Positions 38,321 through 48,897 of a stretch of 64,000 bases of DNA are shown one piece after another. The translations under genes were made by a program, and so were the position numbers. This DNA is from an uncultured Saprospiraceae bacterium (GTDB taxonomy: Bacteria > Bacteroidota > Bacteroidia > Chitinophagales > Saprospiraceae). The stretch's first letter is position 1; every line of letters begins with the position of its first letter. Under the pieces are notes generated by a model. That model made no database searches. It was not told where the DNA came from and saw only the letters and a list, made by a program, of their open reading frames with translations. The DNA is taken from contig CAZTSI010000012.1 in assembly GCA_964616755.1 (NCBI GenBank), positions 9,428-73,427 of the forward strand. Direction: 5' to 3'.

Positions 38321-39109
38321 CTATTCACCTCTAGTTATAGCCGTCATTGAAGGGTCAGCATCAGTTTGATTTGATCCATTAGCCGGACGATCTATGGTAT
38401 TTAAAGTGTTTACTAGTTGGTTATATTCCCTTTTCAATTCCTTTGCTTGAAGAGATCGCACATAATGAATTACTTGCCATCTTTCTTCAAATGAAAGTTT
38501 GTCGGCATAAGCGCCCATTTTGTTTTTACCGTGCATCAGCACATGATAATATCGTCCATTGCTCGCCTCAACGAACTCTGGCAACAAAAGATTCGCTGGC
38601 TGCACTGGGTACTTGCCACCATCATCACGAACTAAATATCCTGCTCCATCTCCTTTCTCACCGTGACAAATACCGCAATATATATTATACAGATCCTTAG
38701 CCCTGGCCATTCCTTCATTGGTAATCGCATAAGGGTTGTCAACAATCTCTGTAGTGGCGCGAGCACGTTCTTCCTCAGAATCACCATAGTAGTATGGTAC
38801 AGCCCCATTAGGTGTATGTGAGATACTAGAAGTTCCATTGGCATTTTCAATTGATCCGGCGTAGCCTCTAGCGATAGTGCCTGTTATAGGTTTACGGGGT
38901 TGAACTAAAGCATGATACTCATCTTTGGTGCCCCACCGGTTATTATAGTAATAGCTATAATAATTGGCTTCGTACGCCACTGAATGAGCCATGTCTGGCA
39001 TGTATTCACTGCCTGGATTATTCACCCCTGCTTTTTGACATGAAAGCATGAAGCTTATCACCAATACGAACAATGTTAATTTATAGCTTGAAAACGATAC
39101 ATTCTTCAT
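38321..39109 (-). CDS. actE: alternative complex III monoheme cytochrome c lipoprotein (ActE)
   Basis: Lipobox LVISFMLSC. Single heme motif CGICHGEKGDG. Distal Met region HVLMHGKNKMGAY. Confidence 0.8.
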   Translation of the reverse strand: MKNVSFSSYKLTLFVLVISFMLSCQKAGVNNPGSEYMPDMAHSVAYEANYYSYYYNNRWGTKDEYHALVQPRKPITGTIARGYAGSIENANGTSSISHTPNGAVPYYYGDSEEERARATTEIVDNPYAITNEGMARAKDLYNIYCGICHGEKGDGAGYLVRDDGGKYPVQPANLLLPEFVEASNGRYYHVLMHGKNKMGAYADKLSFEERWQVIHYVRSLQAKELKREYNQLVNTLNTIDRPANGSNQTDADPSMTAITRGE

Positions 39110-39112
39110 AGC

Positions 39113-39634
39113 TTAAATAGTCTTTTTATCAATAAGGCTTGCACCTGTGCGTGAGAGAAATGTTCTTGCTTCGTCTTCTGATACATTATGAGTGTCAAAA
39201 GCAATACAAAATTTGTCGTCCGAAATTCTATCATGAAGGATTGGATTTGTCACGCCCGGCCCTAGACCATTAATGACATAAAAAGTAACGGTCATACCTA
39301 TGGCAGAAAAAAGGACAGTCAATTCAAACGTTATAGGAATAAAAGCTGGTACCGACCAATAGGGTTTACCACCAAAAATGATCGGCCAATCCTTTGTAAA
39401 TATCCATGTCATTCCTAGAAAAGCCGTCAACGTTCCTATCAAACCGTATATAAAGCCGGCGATATGAAGACGCGACTCTTCTAGGCCTAGTAACGGATCC
39501 AATCCGTGCACTGGAAAGGGCGTGTACACATCGTATATGTCGAGATGATCCTTGTTCGCTGCCTTAACAGCAGACATCATATCCGTCTCATCATCATACA
39601 ATCCAAAAACCAACTCTTTGTTAAACTTATTCAT
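39113..39634 (-). CDS. actD: alternative complex III subunit ActD (DUF3341-type)
   Basis: 173 aa with two central TM helices. N-terminal GLYDDETDMMSAVKA is typical of the DUF3341 quinol:cytochrome c oxidoreductase membrane protein. Confidence 0.75.
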   Translation of the reverse strand: MNKFNKELVFGLYDDETDMMSAVKAANKDHLDIYDVYTPFPVHGLDPLLGLEESRLHIAGFIYGLIGTLTAFLGMTWIFTKDWPIIFGGKPYWSVPAFIPITFELTVLFSAIGMTVTFYVINGLGPGVTNPILHDRISDDKFCIAFDTHNVSEDEARTFLSRTGASLIDKKTI

Positions 39635-39640
39635 AACAAA

Positions 39641-41104
39641 TTAATGTGTGTGTTCTTCTTGGTGAGCAATCTTATAGGCAACTCCTTTTGCATCTGCATC
39701 TTGGTAATCTTTCATCACTTCTGTGTGATGTTTCTTATTCTTACCAAAATACTGATCACCTGATGATTTTAGAATTGCTTTAATCTCGGCAATAGCCACA
39801 ACCGGTGCAACGCGCGTAAATAGCAAATAGAGTGTAAAAAACAATCCAAACGTACCTACATATATGCCAATCTCTACCCATGTCGGCACATAATAAGACC
39901 AACTTGAAGGCAAGTAATCACGTGCAAGTGTGGTGGCAATAATGACAAAGCGCTCAAACCACATTCCGATATTAACTACAATTGATAAGAAGAATGTCCA
40001 CCAAAGACTCCTTCTAAACTTCTCTACCCAGAAAAACTGCGGTGAGATAACATTACAAAACATCATTCCAAAATAAGACCAGTAATATGGTCCCAATGCT
40101 CTATTGAAGAAAGCAAATTGCTCATATATATATCCCGAATACCAAGCTATGAATAGCTCTGTTAGATAAGCTACACCAACAATAGTACCTGTGACTAATA
40201 TTACCTTGTTCATTGACTCTATATGTCCAATCGTAATGTATTCCTCTAGTTTGAGCACCTTACGAGTGATCAGCATTAAGGTCTGCACCATGGCGAATCC
40301 GGAAAATACCGCTCCTGCAACAAAGTACGGTGGGAATATCGTGGTATGCCATCCTGGGATTACTGAGGTGGCGAAGTCAAAACTTACAATGGTATGTACA
40401 GAAAGAACCAACGGTGTAGACAGTCCAGCCAAAACTAATGAAAGAGCCTCCCATCGCTGCCAATGTTTTGCAGATCCCGTCCAACCAAATGATAAAAAGT
40501 TGTAAAATTTCTTTCGAAGACCCGAAGCTCTGTCTCTTACTGTGGCAAAGTCAGGTACAAGACCAGTGTACCAAAACAAAAGTGATACAGTAAAGTAAGT
40601 ACTAATGGCAAAAACGTCCCAAAGAAGAGGGCTATTAAAGTTAGGCCATAATGACCCTCGAGTATTAGGGTAAGGAAAGATGAACATTGCCATCCAAATC
40701 CTGCCCATGTGTATCAATGGGAATAATCCGGCGCACATAACAGCAAAAATCGTCATGGCCTCCGCTGCTCTATTCACTCCAGTTCTCCATTTTTGCCGAA
40801 ATAACAATAAAATGGCCGAAATAAGCGTACCCGCGTGACCTATACCAATCCACCAAACGAAGTTCGTAATATCCCAACCCCAGCCAATTGTTCGATTCAA
40901 ATCCCAGGTTCCAATGCCATGCCAAATGGTCCAAAGGATACAAAAGACACCAAATAACAATACATGAACAGAGATTAAAAAGGCTATCCACCACTCTTTT
41001 GATGGAGTCTTCTCTGTTGGCCCAACTAAGTCATTAGTAATATCGTGATACGATTTATTACCGTGTACTAGTGGCTCTCTTAATGGACTTACTGTTGCAC
41101 CCAT
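39641..41104 (-). CDS. actC: alternative complex III quinol-oxidising NrfD/PsrC-family membrane subunit (ActC)
   Basis: 487 aa and about 10 TM helices. WGWDITNFVWWIGIGHAGTLISAILL is the NrfD-family signature. Confidence 0.9.
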   Translation of the reverse strand: MGATVSPLREPLVHGNKSYHDITNDLVGPTEKTPSKEWWIAFLISVHVLLFGVFCILWTIWHGIGTWDLNRTIGWGWDITNFVWWIGIGHAGTLISAILLLFRQKWRTGVNRAAEAMTIFAVMCAGLFPLIHMGRIWMAMFIFPYPNTRGSLWPNFNSPLLWDVFAISTYFTVSLLFWYTGLVPDFATVRDRASGLRKKFYNFLSFGWTGSAKHWQRWEALSLVLAGLSTPLVLSVHTIVSFDFATSVIPGWHTTIFPPYFVAGAVFSGFAMVQTLMLITRKVLKLEEYITIGHIESMNKVILVTGTIVGVAYLTELFIAWYSGYIYEQFAFFNRALGPYYWSYFGMMFCNVISPQFFWVEKFRRSLWWTFFLSIVVNIGMWFERFVIIATTLARDYLPSSWSYYVPTWVEIGIYVGTFGLFFTLYLLFTRVAPVVAIAEIKAILKSSGDQYFGKNKKHHTEVMKDYQDADAKGVAYKIAHQEEHTH

Positions 41105-41126
41105 ATTTTCTAGCTATCTATTTTTA

Positions 41127-44100
41127 TTAAGCTAATGATTCGTCTCTATTGGTCACCTTCATAGTGTATTGAACAGAAGAGCGTACGTTTATCTCCTCGA
41201 GAACAATCATATTTAGCGGAGAATTAAATTTCTTCGCTAATACTCCTTCACTATTATTGCGATCACCAAAAGTTATCGCTCCTGTAGGACATGAAGTCTG
41301 GCACGCAGTCTTTACATCACTATCAAAAAGCTTTCTTCCTTCTGTCTTTGCCGTTAATTTACCTTCTTGAATACGTTGCACACAGAAACTACACTTCTCA
41401 ATTACCCCTCTTACGCGCACTGTCACATCAGGATTTAATACCATTCTGGTTAAGTTTTCCGCCCCGTATGGTATTTCTTCCTCGTTCACTTTTACTTGAT
41501 TAGCTGGAAAAATGTCCGCTGTGGTATAGTCTAACCAGTTAAATCTACGCACTTTATATGGGCAGTTATTCGCACAATATCTTGTGCCTATACATCGGTT
41601 GTAAGTCATTTGATTAAGACCTTCCCCGCTATGGTTAGTGGCATTTACCGGACAAACATTCTCACATGGAGCATTATCACAATGTTGACACATCATTGGT
41701 TGGTAGACTACATTAGGATTTTCTACATCGCCAAAATAATAACGGTCAATTCTTAACCATGCCATTTCTTGATGTCGTGCCACTTGCTTTTTTCCTACAA
41801 CAGGTACATTATTTTCAGCCATACACGCTACGGTACAAGCGCCGCACCCGGTACATGCATTTAAGTCGACGTGCATACCCCAATGATGACCTTGAGAATA
41901 TAGTTCATCTGAAAACTTCTCGTAAGGATATAGCGTCTCTTTATTCAAGCTTTCGTGATGCTCCCTCTCGTGCTTTAGGTTTTCAATAGCCTCCCCTAGT
42001 ACGTCTACATTCGCTTTTCTGATAATCGTACGATCCGTCAATGCTCCTTGAAAACCAGAAAAGATATTACCATATCCCGGTGCCAGAGCGGCTTCATCTG
42101 CATTGAATGCCTGACCAGTTGATCTCTCTTCTGCCGTGACACCCATCGTATGGTGGTATTGCACAGAGCTATAATGTTTTTCTTTACCTTTTGATCTTGA
42201 AATAATAGCTTCAGTAGAATAATAGTGGACTCGACCACCAGACACAGTTAAACATGGATTAATATCAGATCCAACATTTCTGCCTGCATCGCCTACCACT
42301 GATCGTCCATATCCTAATGCAAGACTAACGGTTCCAGGCATTTGTCCAAATTGTTGTACAACAGGTACTGTCACGGACTTACCCGCAATAGAAATTTCTA
42401 CTAATTCCCCATCCGTCAAATTGTTCATTCCTTTGAACTTCCTTACACCATCAAAAGAAACAGGCACTGCTAGATAATTACCCCAAGTTGTCCTTGTCAC
42501 AGGATCAGGCATTTCTTGAAGCCAAGGATTGTTGGCGAACTGCCCATTCCCAATGGTTATTGGTTCAAAAAAATTAATCTCAAGTTCAGTACTAGCTGGT
42601 GAAGTAATCGAACCAAGAGCCGAAGCTGTATCACCAACAAATTCAGGATTCACTTCAACAGGGGTATAATGATACACCCCGTCATGCAAAGCTTTATCCC
42701 AAAACGTCTGGAAAGACAAATAAGCATTTTGATTGGCAAAGGCGGTTTGACTCCATGTCTGCTTTACATAATCGCCATACGACTGTACGTCAGCTAAATT
42801 AATAGCTTCAGAATCACACCAAGCCAAAAGGCTCGTTTCCGCCTGCCTAGTATCAAATAATGGTGCAATAACAGGTTGGCTTAACGTCAACTCCCCTTTC
42901 TTTGCTTCTGCATCACCCCAACTTTCTAGCCCATGATGAACAGGTGCAACAATGGAACATAAGGCACCCGATTCGTCCATTTCGTAGCTGAGGGCTATTT
43001 TATTAGGAACCCTTTCTAAGGCTTCTTTCAATCCATTGATAGCTGAATACTGATAGGTAGGATTAGCCTTATGGAAAATAACTGTTTGTACCTCACCGTT
43101 CTTGATGTCCTCTACAAGCTGCCCTAATTGAGCCTCATCACCTTGTCTCTGCATGCTGGCATCTGAAAAGGATATCGTACTGCCATAATTGCCGAGGAAT
43201 GCATTGATTGCATTGACCAAAGTTTGTTCTGCCGGAATATTTGATCCAGAGACCACTAAAGATCGTCCTTTGGCTTGCTTTAATTGTGTTGCCAATGCCG
43301 AAAGCGACTGTTTAGCCTTATCGTTGAGGTCGGAACCGCCTGATCGGCCAGTCAACGCATTGTACAAATATGCAATACTCGCGCCTTGCTCAGATGGTTT
43401 TACTAAAATCCGATGATCAGCATTTGATCCCGTCATGCTCATTCCTGCTTCTACCTGTACATGTCTATTCATGTCAAGATTCTTAACATCCTCTATTTTC
43501 CTGCGCTTAGCATACTGGTTTGAATATTCAATTGGTGAAATCCATGTACCTAAGAAATCGGCATTAAAACTAACAATGATATCCGCCTTATCGAAATGAT
43601 AAGAAGGGATGGCTCTTAGCCCAAAACTTGTCTCATTAGCTGCTAGTATCCCAGCAGATGACACAGGATCAAAGGTCACCATCTGTGTACTCGGGTACTT
43701 TTGCGTAAAATCAGACATAACCCTCTTAGCAGATGGACTTAACACCGTATTGGTGATAATGCGAATACCTTTTGAGGCACTAAGAATAGATTTGACTGTT
43801 TTGTCAAGAACTTCCCAAGACACTTTTTCGCCTTCTATTGTCGGGTATTTTAAACGATTTGTATCGTATAAACCTAAAACATAGGCTTGTGCTCTTGCCG
43901 AAGTTCCCCCTCTAGTGACTGCGGACAATTCGTTTCCTTCTATCTTAATGGGTCGACCTTCTCTCGTTTTAACAAGTATAGAGCAATAATCACCACCTTC
44001 ATTATAAGAAGATGCATAATATGAAGCTACACCCGGTACGATAGCATCAGGCTTTACCACATATGGTATAGCTCTTTTTACTGGAATATCACAGCCTGCT

Positions 44101-44303
44101 GCAATGGCTGCAGCGCTAACACCAAAGCCCAACATCTTCAAAAAATCGCGCCGGTTACCATCAAGATGACCCAAGGCCCCCTCTTTGCTCAATGTCTGAG
44201 CCAATGATGGCTCTTGCATTTCTAATTGCGCATCGCGTATGAAGTCTTCATCATGAGTAAGATCCTTTTGACCTATCCAGATTCCTTCTATTTTAGTACT
44301 CAT
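41127..44303 (-). CDS. actB: alternative complex III large subunit ActB (molybdopterin-oxidoreductase-like domain + 4Fe-4S ferredoxin domain)
   Basis: Tat motif NRRDFLKMLGFGVSAAAIAAGC. Cys clusters CTGCGACTVAC, CQHCDNAPCENVCP and CIGTRYCANNCPY. I chose the ATG at 44303. The TTG at 44357 in the track would overlap actA. Confidence 0.92.
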   Translation of the reverse strand: MSTKIEGIWIGQKDLTHDEDFIRDAQLEMQEPSLAQTLSKEGALGHLDGNRRDFLKMLGFGVSAAAIAAGCDIPVKRAIPYVVKPDAIVPGVASYYASSYNEGGDYCSILVKTREGRPIKIEGNELSAVTRGGTSARAQAYVLGLYDTNRLKYPTIEGEKVSWEVLDKTVKSILSASKGIRIITNTVLSPSAKRVMSDFTQKYPSTQMVTFDPVSSAGILAANETSFGLRAIPSYHFDKADIIVSFNADFLGTWISPIEYSNQYAKRRKIEDVKNLDMNRHVQVEAGMSMTGSNADHRILVKPSEQGASIAYLYNALTGRSGGSDLNDKAKQSLSALATQLKQAKGRSLVVSGSNIPAEQTLVNAINAFLGNYGSTISFSDASMQRQGDEAQLGQLVEDIKNGEVQTVIFHKANPTYQYSAINGLKEALERVPNKIALSYEMDESGALCSIVAPVHHGLESWGDAEAKKGELTLSQPVIAPLFDTRQAETSLLAWCDSEAINLADVQSYGDYVKQTWSQTAFANQNAYLSFQTFWDKALHDGVYHYTPVEVNPEFVGDTASALGSITSPASTELEINFFEPITIGNGQFANNPWLQEMPDPVTRTTWGNYLAVPVSFDGVRKFKGMNNLTDGELVEISIAGKSVTVPVVQQFGQMPGTVSLALGYGRSVVGDAGRNVGSDINPCLTVSGGRVHYYSTEAIISRSKGKEKHYSSVQYHHTMGVTAEERSTGQAFNADEAALAPGYGNIFSGFQGALTDRTIIRKANVDVLGEAIENLKHEREHHESLNKETLYPYEKFSDELYSQGHHWGMHVDLNACTGCGACTVACMAENNVPVVGKKQVARHQEMAWLRIDRYYFGDVENPNVVYQPMMCQHCDNAPCENVCPVNATNHSGEGLNQMTYNRCIGTRYCANNCPYKVRRFNWLDYTTADIFPANQVKVNEEEIPYGAENLTRMVLNPDVTVRVRGVIEKCSFCVQRIQEGKLTAKTEGRKLFDSDVKTACQTSCPTGAITFGDRNNSEGVLAKKFNSPLNMIVLEEINVRSSVQYTMKVTNRDESLA

Positions 44304-44322
44304 ATAGCTCTTGCTATTTATA

Positions 44323-45798
44323 TTAGTAATGACACTTTTGACATTCGAGTCCTCCAATATCTTCTACAGTTATCTTAGACTTGTCTCCCTTGGCTAATTG
44401 CTCATGATAGAGCTCATAACTCTTATAGTAATCGTTGCTGGCAAATTTCACTTCCGTCTGACGGTGACAATTAATACACCATCCCATACTCAAAGGGGCA
44501 TATTGCGATACAACTTCCATTTCTTCTACTTTCCCGTGACAATCTTGACAAGCCACCTGACCCACAGTAACGTGTTGGGCGTGATTAAAATAAACGTGAT
44601 CAGGTAAGTTGTGAATACGCACCCACTCTATCGGACCTTGAATTTGTGATTTTTGCTCATTTGTCAAGGACTTCTTAATTTCCGACCATTGGCTTTGAAC
44701 AACCTTCTCACCTTTTCTATCTAACACCGTAAGCTCTTCATCTTCTAGATATGATTCGGTTATCCACTTCTTGTAAATAGCCTCTATTTCAGACTCGGTT
44801 AATTTGTCATAATTTTCGATATACTTCCCTGTAATAGGGTCATAACCCACAGAAGCATAAATCTTAGTTAGCTCTGCTGTGCCAAAGTTTGAACCTTTTT
44901 GGATCGCAGAATGGCAGTTCATACATGTGTTAGTAGCTGGAATAACAGCATGCTTAGATCTTCTGGCCCCATCATGACAATACTGACAATCAATACCATT
45001 CTCACCCGCATGAATAGCATGCGAAAACTTGATAGGTTGATCGGGCTCGTAATTCTGTTGTCTACCCAGTCCAATAGCTCGTGTGACTAAGATGTATGCG
45101 CCTATGATAATAGCAGCGTAAAGTAAAAAACTCCGCACCCCCTTGGTAAAGATGCTCTGCATTAGACTCTTGTCTTCTAAAACTACTCCATCTTTAGCCG
45201 CTGCAATTTTATTAAGACCAACGATGATTCTAGTAAGAATAATTGCCAAGACCGCTAAAACACCAAAAAGTATATAATACAACCAATTATATTGATTACT
45301 TCTATCTTCTCCCACTACAACGGTAGCAGGACCTGAAGCTAATTTGCCCGCACCAGTGTATTCTTGATCAATATACAGTAGGATAGAACCGATCTCATCA
45401 TCCGTCAAGTTAGGATAAGCCGTCATCACAGTAGGCTTATACTCTTCCCATAGGACTGTGGCTCTAGGATGACCTGCCTTTATCATCGCTTGAGAATTAC
45501 GAATCCAAGAATACAGGTCTTCAGGAGCAAATTCAGCCCAACGCTCTTGTGACCCACCTAAGGCTGGTCCAGTGGCTTTGCTTTTCATATCCTTATTATG
45601 ACATGACGCACAATAATTTCGGAATAAAGTTTTTCCATTATCCGCCGAAGGCTGAGCACTTAACTGTGCTGCTATCAAAACTAACATAAGCGCGCAAAGC
45701 AACTTTTGTATAGTTTTAGCAAAAGGCACCATTGAGTAATTTACTTTCATAAGGGCCATAAACGCTTTAATTTGCCGCAAAAATAACTCTCCAAACAT
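44323..45798 (-). CDS. actA: alternative complex III multiheme cytochrome c (ActA) with a fused N-terminal monoheme domain
   Basis: Six CxxCH motifs: CASCH, CQYCH, CMNCH, CQDCH, CINCH, CQKCH. One TM helix lies between the N-terminal monoheme domain and the pentaheme part. The start is uncertain; ATGs also occur at 45759 and 45750. Confidence 0.88.
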   Translation of the reverse strand: MFGELFLRQIKAFMALMKVNYSMVPFAKTIQKLLCALMLVLIAAQLSAQPSADNGKTLFRNYCASCHNKDMKSKATGPALGGSQERWAEFAPEDLYSWIRNSQAMIKAGHPRATVLWEEYKPTVMTAYPNLTDDEIGSILLYIDQEYTGAGKLASGPATVVVGEDRSNQYNWLYYILFGVLAVLAIILTRIIVGLNKIAAAKDGVVLEDKSLMQSIFTKGVRSFLLYAAIIIGAYILVTRAIGLGRQQNYEPDQPIKFSHAIHAGENGIDCQYCHDGARRSKHAVIPATNTCMNCHSAIQKGSNFGTAELTKIYASVGYDPITGKYIENYDKLTESEIEAIYKKWITESYLEDEELTVLDRKGEKVVQSQWSEIKKSLTNEQKSQIQGPIEWVRIHNLPDHVYFNHAQHVTVGQVACQDCHGKVEEMEVVSQYAPLSMGWCINCHRQTEVKFASNDYYKSYELYHEQLAKGDKSKITVEDIGGLECQKCHY

Positions 45799-45851
45799 AA
45801 TTAGTACAGTCTGATCAATTCGCTATTCTTATTAAGATCGAATACAAATAA

Positions 45852-46646
45852 CTAAATAGATACCATTGCCTTGATATGAGGATGAGGATTGTAGTTTTTA
45901 AGCTCAAAATCTTCATACAAAAAGCTTTCAATATCTCTTTTACTCCTATCTATTAGCATTTCTGGCAAAGGTCTAGGATCTCTAGTCAATTGCTCAGAAG
46001 CTTGCTCTATATGATTATTATATAAATGCACATCTCCAAAAGTATGAACAAACTCGCCCGGGGCCAGATCACATACTTGCGCTATCATCATCAACAATAA
46101 GGCATAGGATGCAATGTTAAAAGGAACACCTAAGAATACGTCTGCCGAACGCTGATATAATTGGCACGAAAGGCGTCCATTGACAACATAAAACTGAAAA
46201 AGACAATGACACGGCGCAAGAGCCATTTTATGAAGGTCGCCCACATTCCACGCACTAATAATGAGTCTTCTGGAATCCGGGTTATGTTTAATTTGATCAA
46301 TCACATCTTGCAATTGATCATAAGTCCTACCGTCAGCACCGACCCAAGAACGCCATTGATGCCCGTAGACAGGGCCTAAATTACCTTCTATATCAGCCCA
46401 TTCATCCCAAATCCTGACGCCGTTCTCATTCAAATAAGTCACGTTGGTGTCCCCTTTGATAAACCATAAAAGCTCGTGAATAATAGATTTGAGATGGATT
46501 TTCTTGGTAGTCACTAACGGAAATCCCTCAGAGAGATCGAAGCGCATTTGATACCCAAACACACTAAGCGTGCCAGTGCCAGTTCGATCGGACTTTCGCG
46601 ATCCATTCTCAAGGACATAGCGCAGTAAATCATGATATTGCCGCAT
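45852..46646 (-). CDS. thyA: thymidylate synthase (ThyA type)
   Basis: [39 protein letters not shown] (catalytic Cys), 264 aa. Confidence 0.97.
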   Translation of the reverse strand: MRQYHDLLRYVLENGSRKSDRTGTGTLSVFGYQMRFDLSEGFPLVTTKKIHLKSIIHELLWFIKGDTNVTYLNENGVRIWDEWADIEGNLGPVYGHQWRSWVGADGRTYDQLQDVIDQIKHNPDSRRLIISAWNVGDLHKMALAPCHCLFQFYVVNGRLSCQLYQRSADVFLGVPFNIASYALLLMMIAQVCDLAPGEFVHTFGDVHLYNNHIEQASEQLTRDPRPLPEMLIDRSKRDIESFLYEDFELKNYNPHPHIKAMVSI

Positions 46647-46845
46647 CTCTCAGTATCTGGCGCAAATATGAGTAATAAGATTAATATATCCCAAACAACA
46701 GGGCATCAAATAAAAGCAAATTACTCACAAATATTATGCACACACCATGAGGGCCTGAAATTAATCTTGATGATTCTCGCAAAAGGAATACCTCCAAAAG
46801 TCTTAAGGCAATTATATTGTGACCTAAAATGGACACATTTGAGGC

Positions 46846-48897
46846 ATGAGTGTTAAACCTTATATTCATAGAGATATTAGTTGGCTAGACTTCAATTATC
46901 GGGTGCTTCAAGAATCCAAGGATAAAACTGTGCCCCTTTTTGAGCGACTTAAGTTCTTAGCTATATATTCCTCCAATCTCGATGAATTCTTTCGAGTACG
47001 CGTAGCGAGTCATCGCCAATTTTTGCGAATGGGCAAGAAAACAGTAAAGGATCTTGGCTTTGAGCCAGCAGACATTTTAAATCAAATATTGGAAATAGTT
47101 AATGAACAACAGTTAGAGTTTAGCTCGATATTTTTTAAAGATCTAATCCCAGCGTTTAAAAAACAGGGGATTCACATTATCCGAAGGCAAGAAATGTCCA
47201 AGGAGCAAGAAGTCTTTATTCAGGAGTTCTTTACGCAAAATCTATTACCATTCGTGCAGCCCGTCCTACTTATAAAAAATAAGATAAAGCCCTTTCTGAA
47301 TAATGCCTCACTATACCTCACACTACAATTAGAAGATAAAAAAACACAAGAAAGGGTACTCGCACTGGTTAAGGTGCCTTCGGATCACCTCAATCGTTTT
47401 GTTGAGTTACCTGGAAGCAAAGAAGATGAACACACCATTATTATTCTTGATGACGTGGTTAGGCACACGATGTCGTGGATTTTTCCTGGATACAATATTC
47501 TCCAATCCTATTCTATAAAACTTACCCGCGATGCGGAATTATATATTGAAGATGAATATTCGGGCGATTTGCTCACTAAAATAAGAGCCAGTGTCGCTAA
47601 AAGGCAAATTGGTCCTGCCTCCAGATTGGTGTACGATCGCAGCATGCCCAAAGAAGTATTGGCAGAATTAAAAGAGGTCTTTGAATTGTCGAAATTTGAT
47701 TTACTTCCTGAAGGACGCTACCATAACAACTTTGATTTTTTTCAATTTCCAAAATTCAACAAAAGCAACCTTTCCGAAAGTGAATGGCCGCCCATTCATA
47801 TACCCTTATTAGAAAACACAGATAGCATTTTTGAACACATCGACAAACGCGATCATCTCATTCATCCACCTTATCATTCCTATGAGTCCGTGATCAATTT
47901 TTTTGAAGTAGCAGCAAAAGACCCTGCAGTATCTCACATTAAAGTTATACAATATCGTGTCGCTGCGCAAAGTCGCATTATGGAGGCTCTCATTAGGGCA
48001 GCCGAAGTGGGTAAGCAAGTGACCGTATTCGTCGAGATTAAGGCACGCTTTGACGAATCGGCTAATATTAATTGGGGCGAACGATTAGCTAATGCGGGTG
48101 TCAAAGTATACTGGTCCATACCAGGTATAAAAGTACATGCCAAAATTGCAACGATCATCAGAAAGGAACAAGGCAAAACCCAGTTTTATTCGTATTTCAG
48201 TACGGGAAATTTTCATGAAAAAACAGCCTTTCTTTATTCTGACGTCGGTCTATTCACAAAAAATCAAAAACTTACGCTTGAAAGCATAAAACTTTTTAAC
48301 TATTTAGAAACTCGAAATGCAGAGGGGATTCAATTTGAGCATTTAGGGGTGGGTCAATTCAATTTAAGAACAATGCTTTCTGAACTAATTGATAATGAAG
48401 TTAGAAATGCCAAAAATGGAAAACCAGCCGGCATAACGATAAAACTCAATAGCTTACAAGATCCAGAGTATATTGATAAACTCTATGATGCAAACAATCA
48501 TGGAGTAAAGATTAATCTTATAATCAGAGGACTTTGCTCAATAGCGCCTGGATTGAAAGGGATCAGCCAAAATATTGAAGGGCGAAGTATTGTGGATAAA
48601 TATTTGGAGCATGCGCGGATTCTCATTTTTCATAATGATGGAGACCCTAAATATTTCATTTCTTCAGCGGACTGGATGTTTCGAAATTTGAATAGACGCA
48701 TAGAAATTCTTACCCCTATTGAAGATCAAAACATTAAAAATCACTTACAACAACTGATTAACCTTCAGCTTGATGATAATGTTAAAGCGCGATCGCTAAA
48801 TGCCGGCGAAATCAATAAATACATTGATAATAAAAATCAAATTAGAATTCGCTCTCAATTAGAGACGTACCTTTACATAAAAAGAAATGAACATTAA
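46846..48897 (+). CDS. ppk1: polyphosphate kinase 1
   Basis: RDISWLDFNYRVLQE N-terminus and two PLD-like HKD-type regions (KVHAKIATI; EHARILIF). 683 aa. Confidence 0.95.
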   Translation: MSVKPYIHRDISWLDFNYRVLQESKDKTVPLFERLKFLAIYSSNLDEFFRVRVASHRQFLRMGKKTVKDLGFEPADILNQILEIVNEQQLEFSSIFFKDLIPAFKKQGIHIIRRQEMSKEQEVFIQEFFTQNLLPFVQPVLLIKNKIKPFLNNASLYLTLQLEDKKTQERVLALVKVPSDHLNRFVELPGSKEDEHTIIILDDVVRHTMSWIFPGYNILQSYSIKLTRDAELYIEDEYSGDLLTKIRASVAKRQIGPASRLVYDRSMPKEVLAELKEVFELSKFDLLPEGRYHNNFDFFQFPKFNKSNLSESEWPPIHIPLLENTDSIFEHIDKRDHLIHPPYHSYESVINFFEVAAKDPAVSHIKVIQYRVAAQSRIMEALIRAAEVGKQVTVFVEIKARFDESANINWGERLANAGVKVYWSIPGIKVHAKIATIIRKEQGKTQFYSYFSTGNFHEKTAFLYSDVGLFTKNQKLTLESIKLFNYLETRNAEGIQFEHLGVGQFNLRTMLSELIDNEVRNAKNGKPAGITIKLNSLQDPEYIDKLYDANNHGVKINLIIRGLCSIAPGLKGISQNIEGRSIVDKYLEHARILIFHNDGDPKYFISSADWMFRNLNRRIEILTPIEDQNIKNHLQQLINLQLDDNVKARSLNAGEINKYIDNKNQIRIRSQLETYLYIKRNEH

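Noticed and set aside
44304-44357. An apparent 35-nt overlap of actA and actB in the ORF track.
   Set aside because: The track start at 44357 is TTG. The ATG at 44303 (MSTKIEGIW...) lies 19 nt after the actA stop and precedes the Tat motif, so there is no real overlap.
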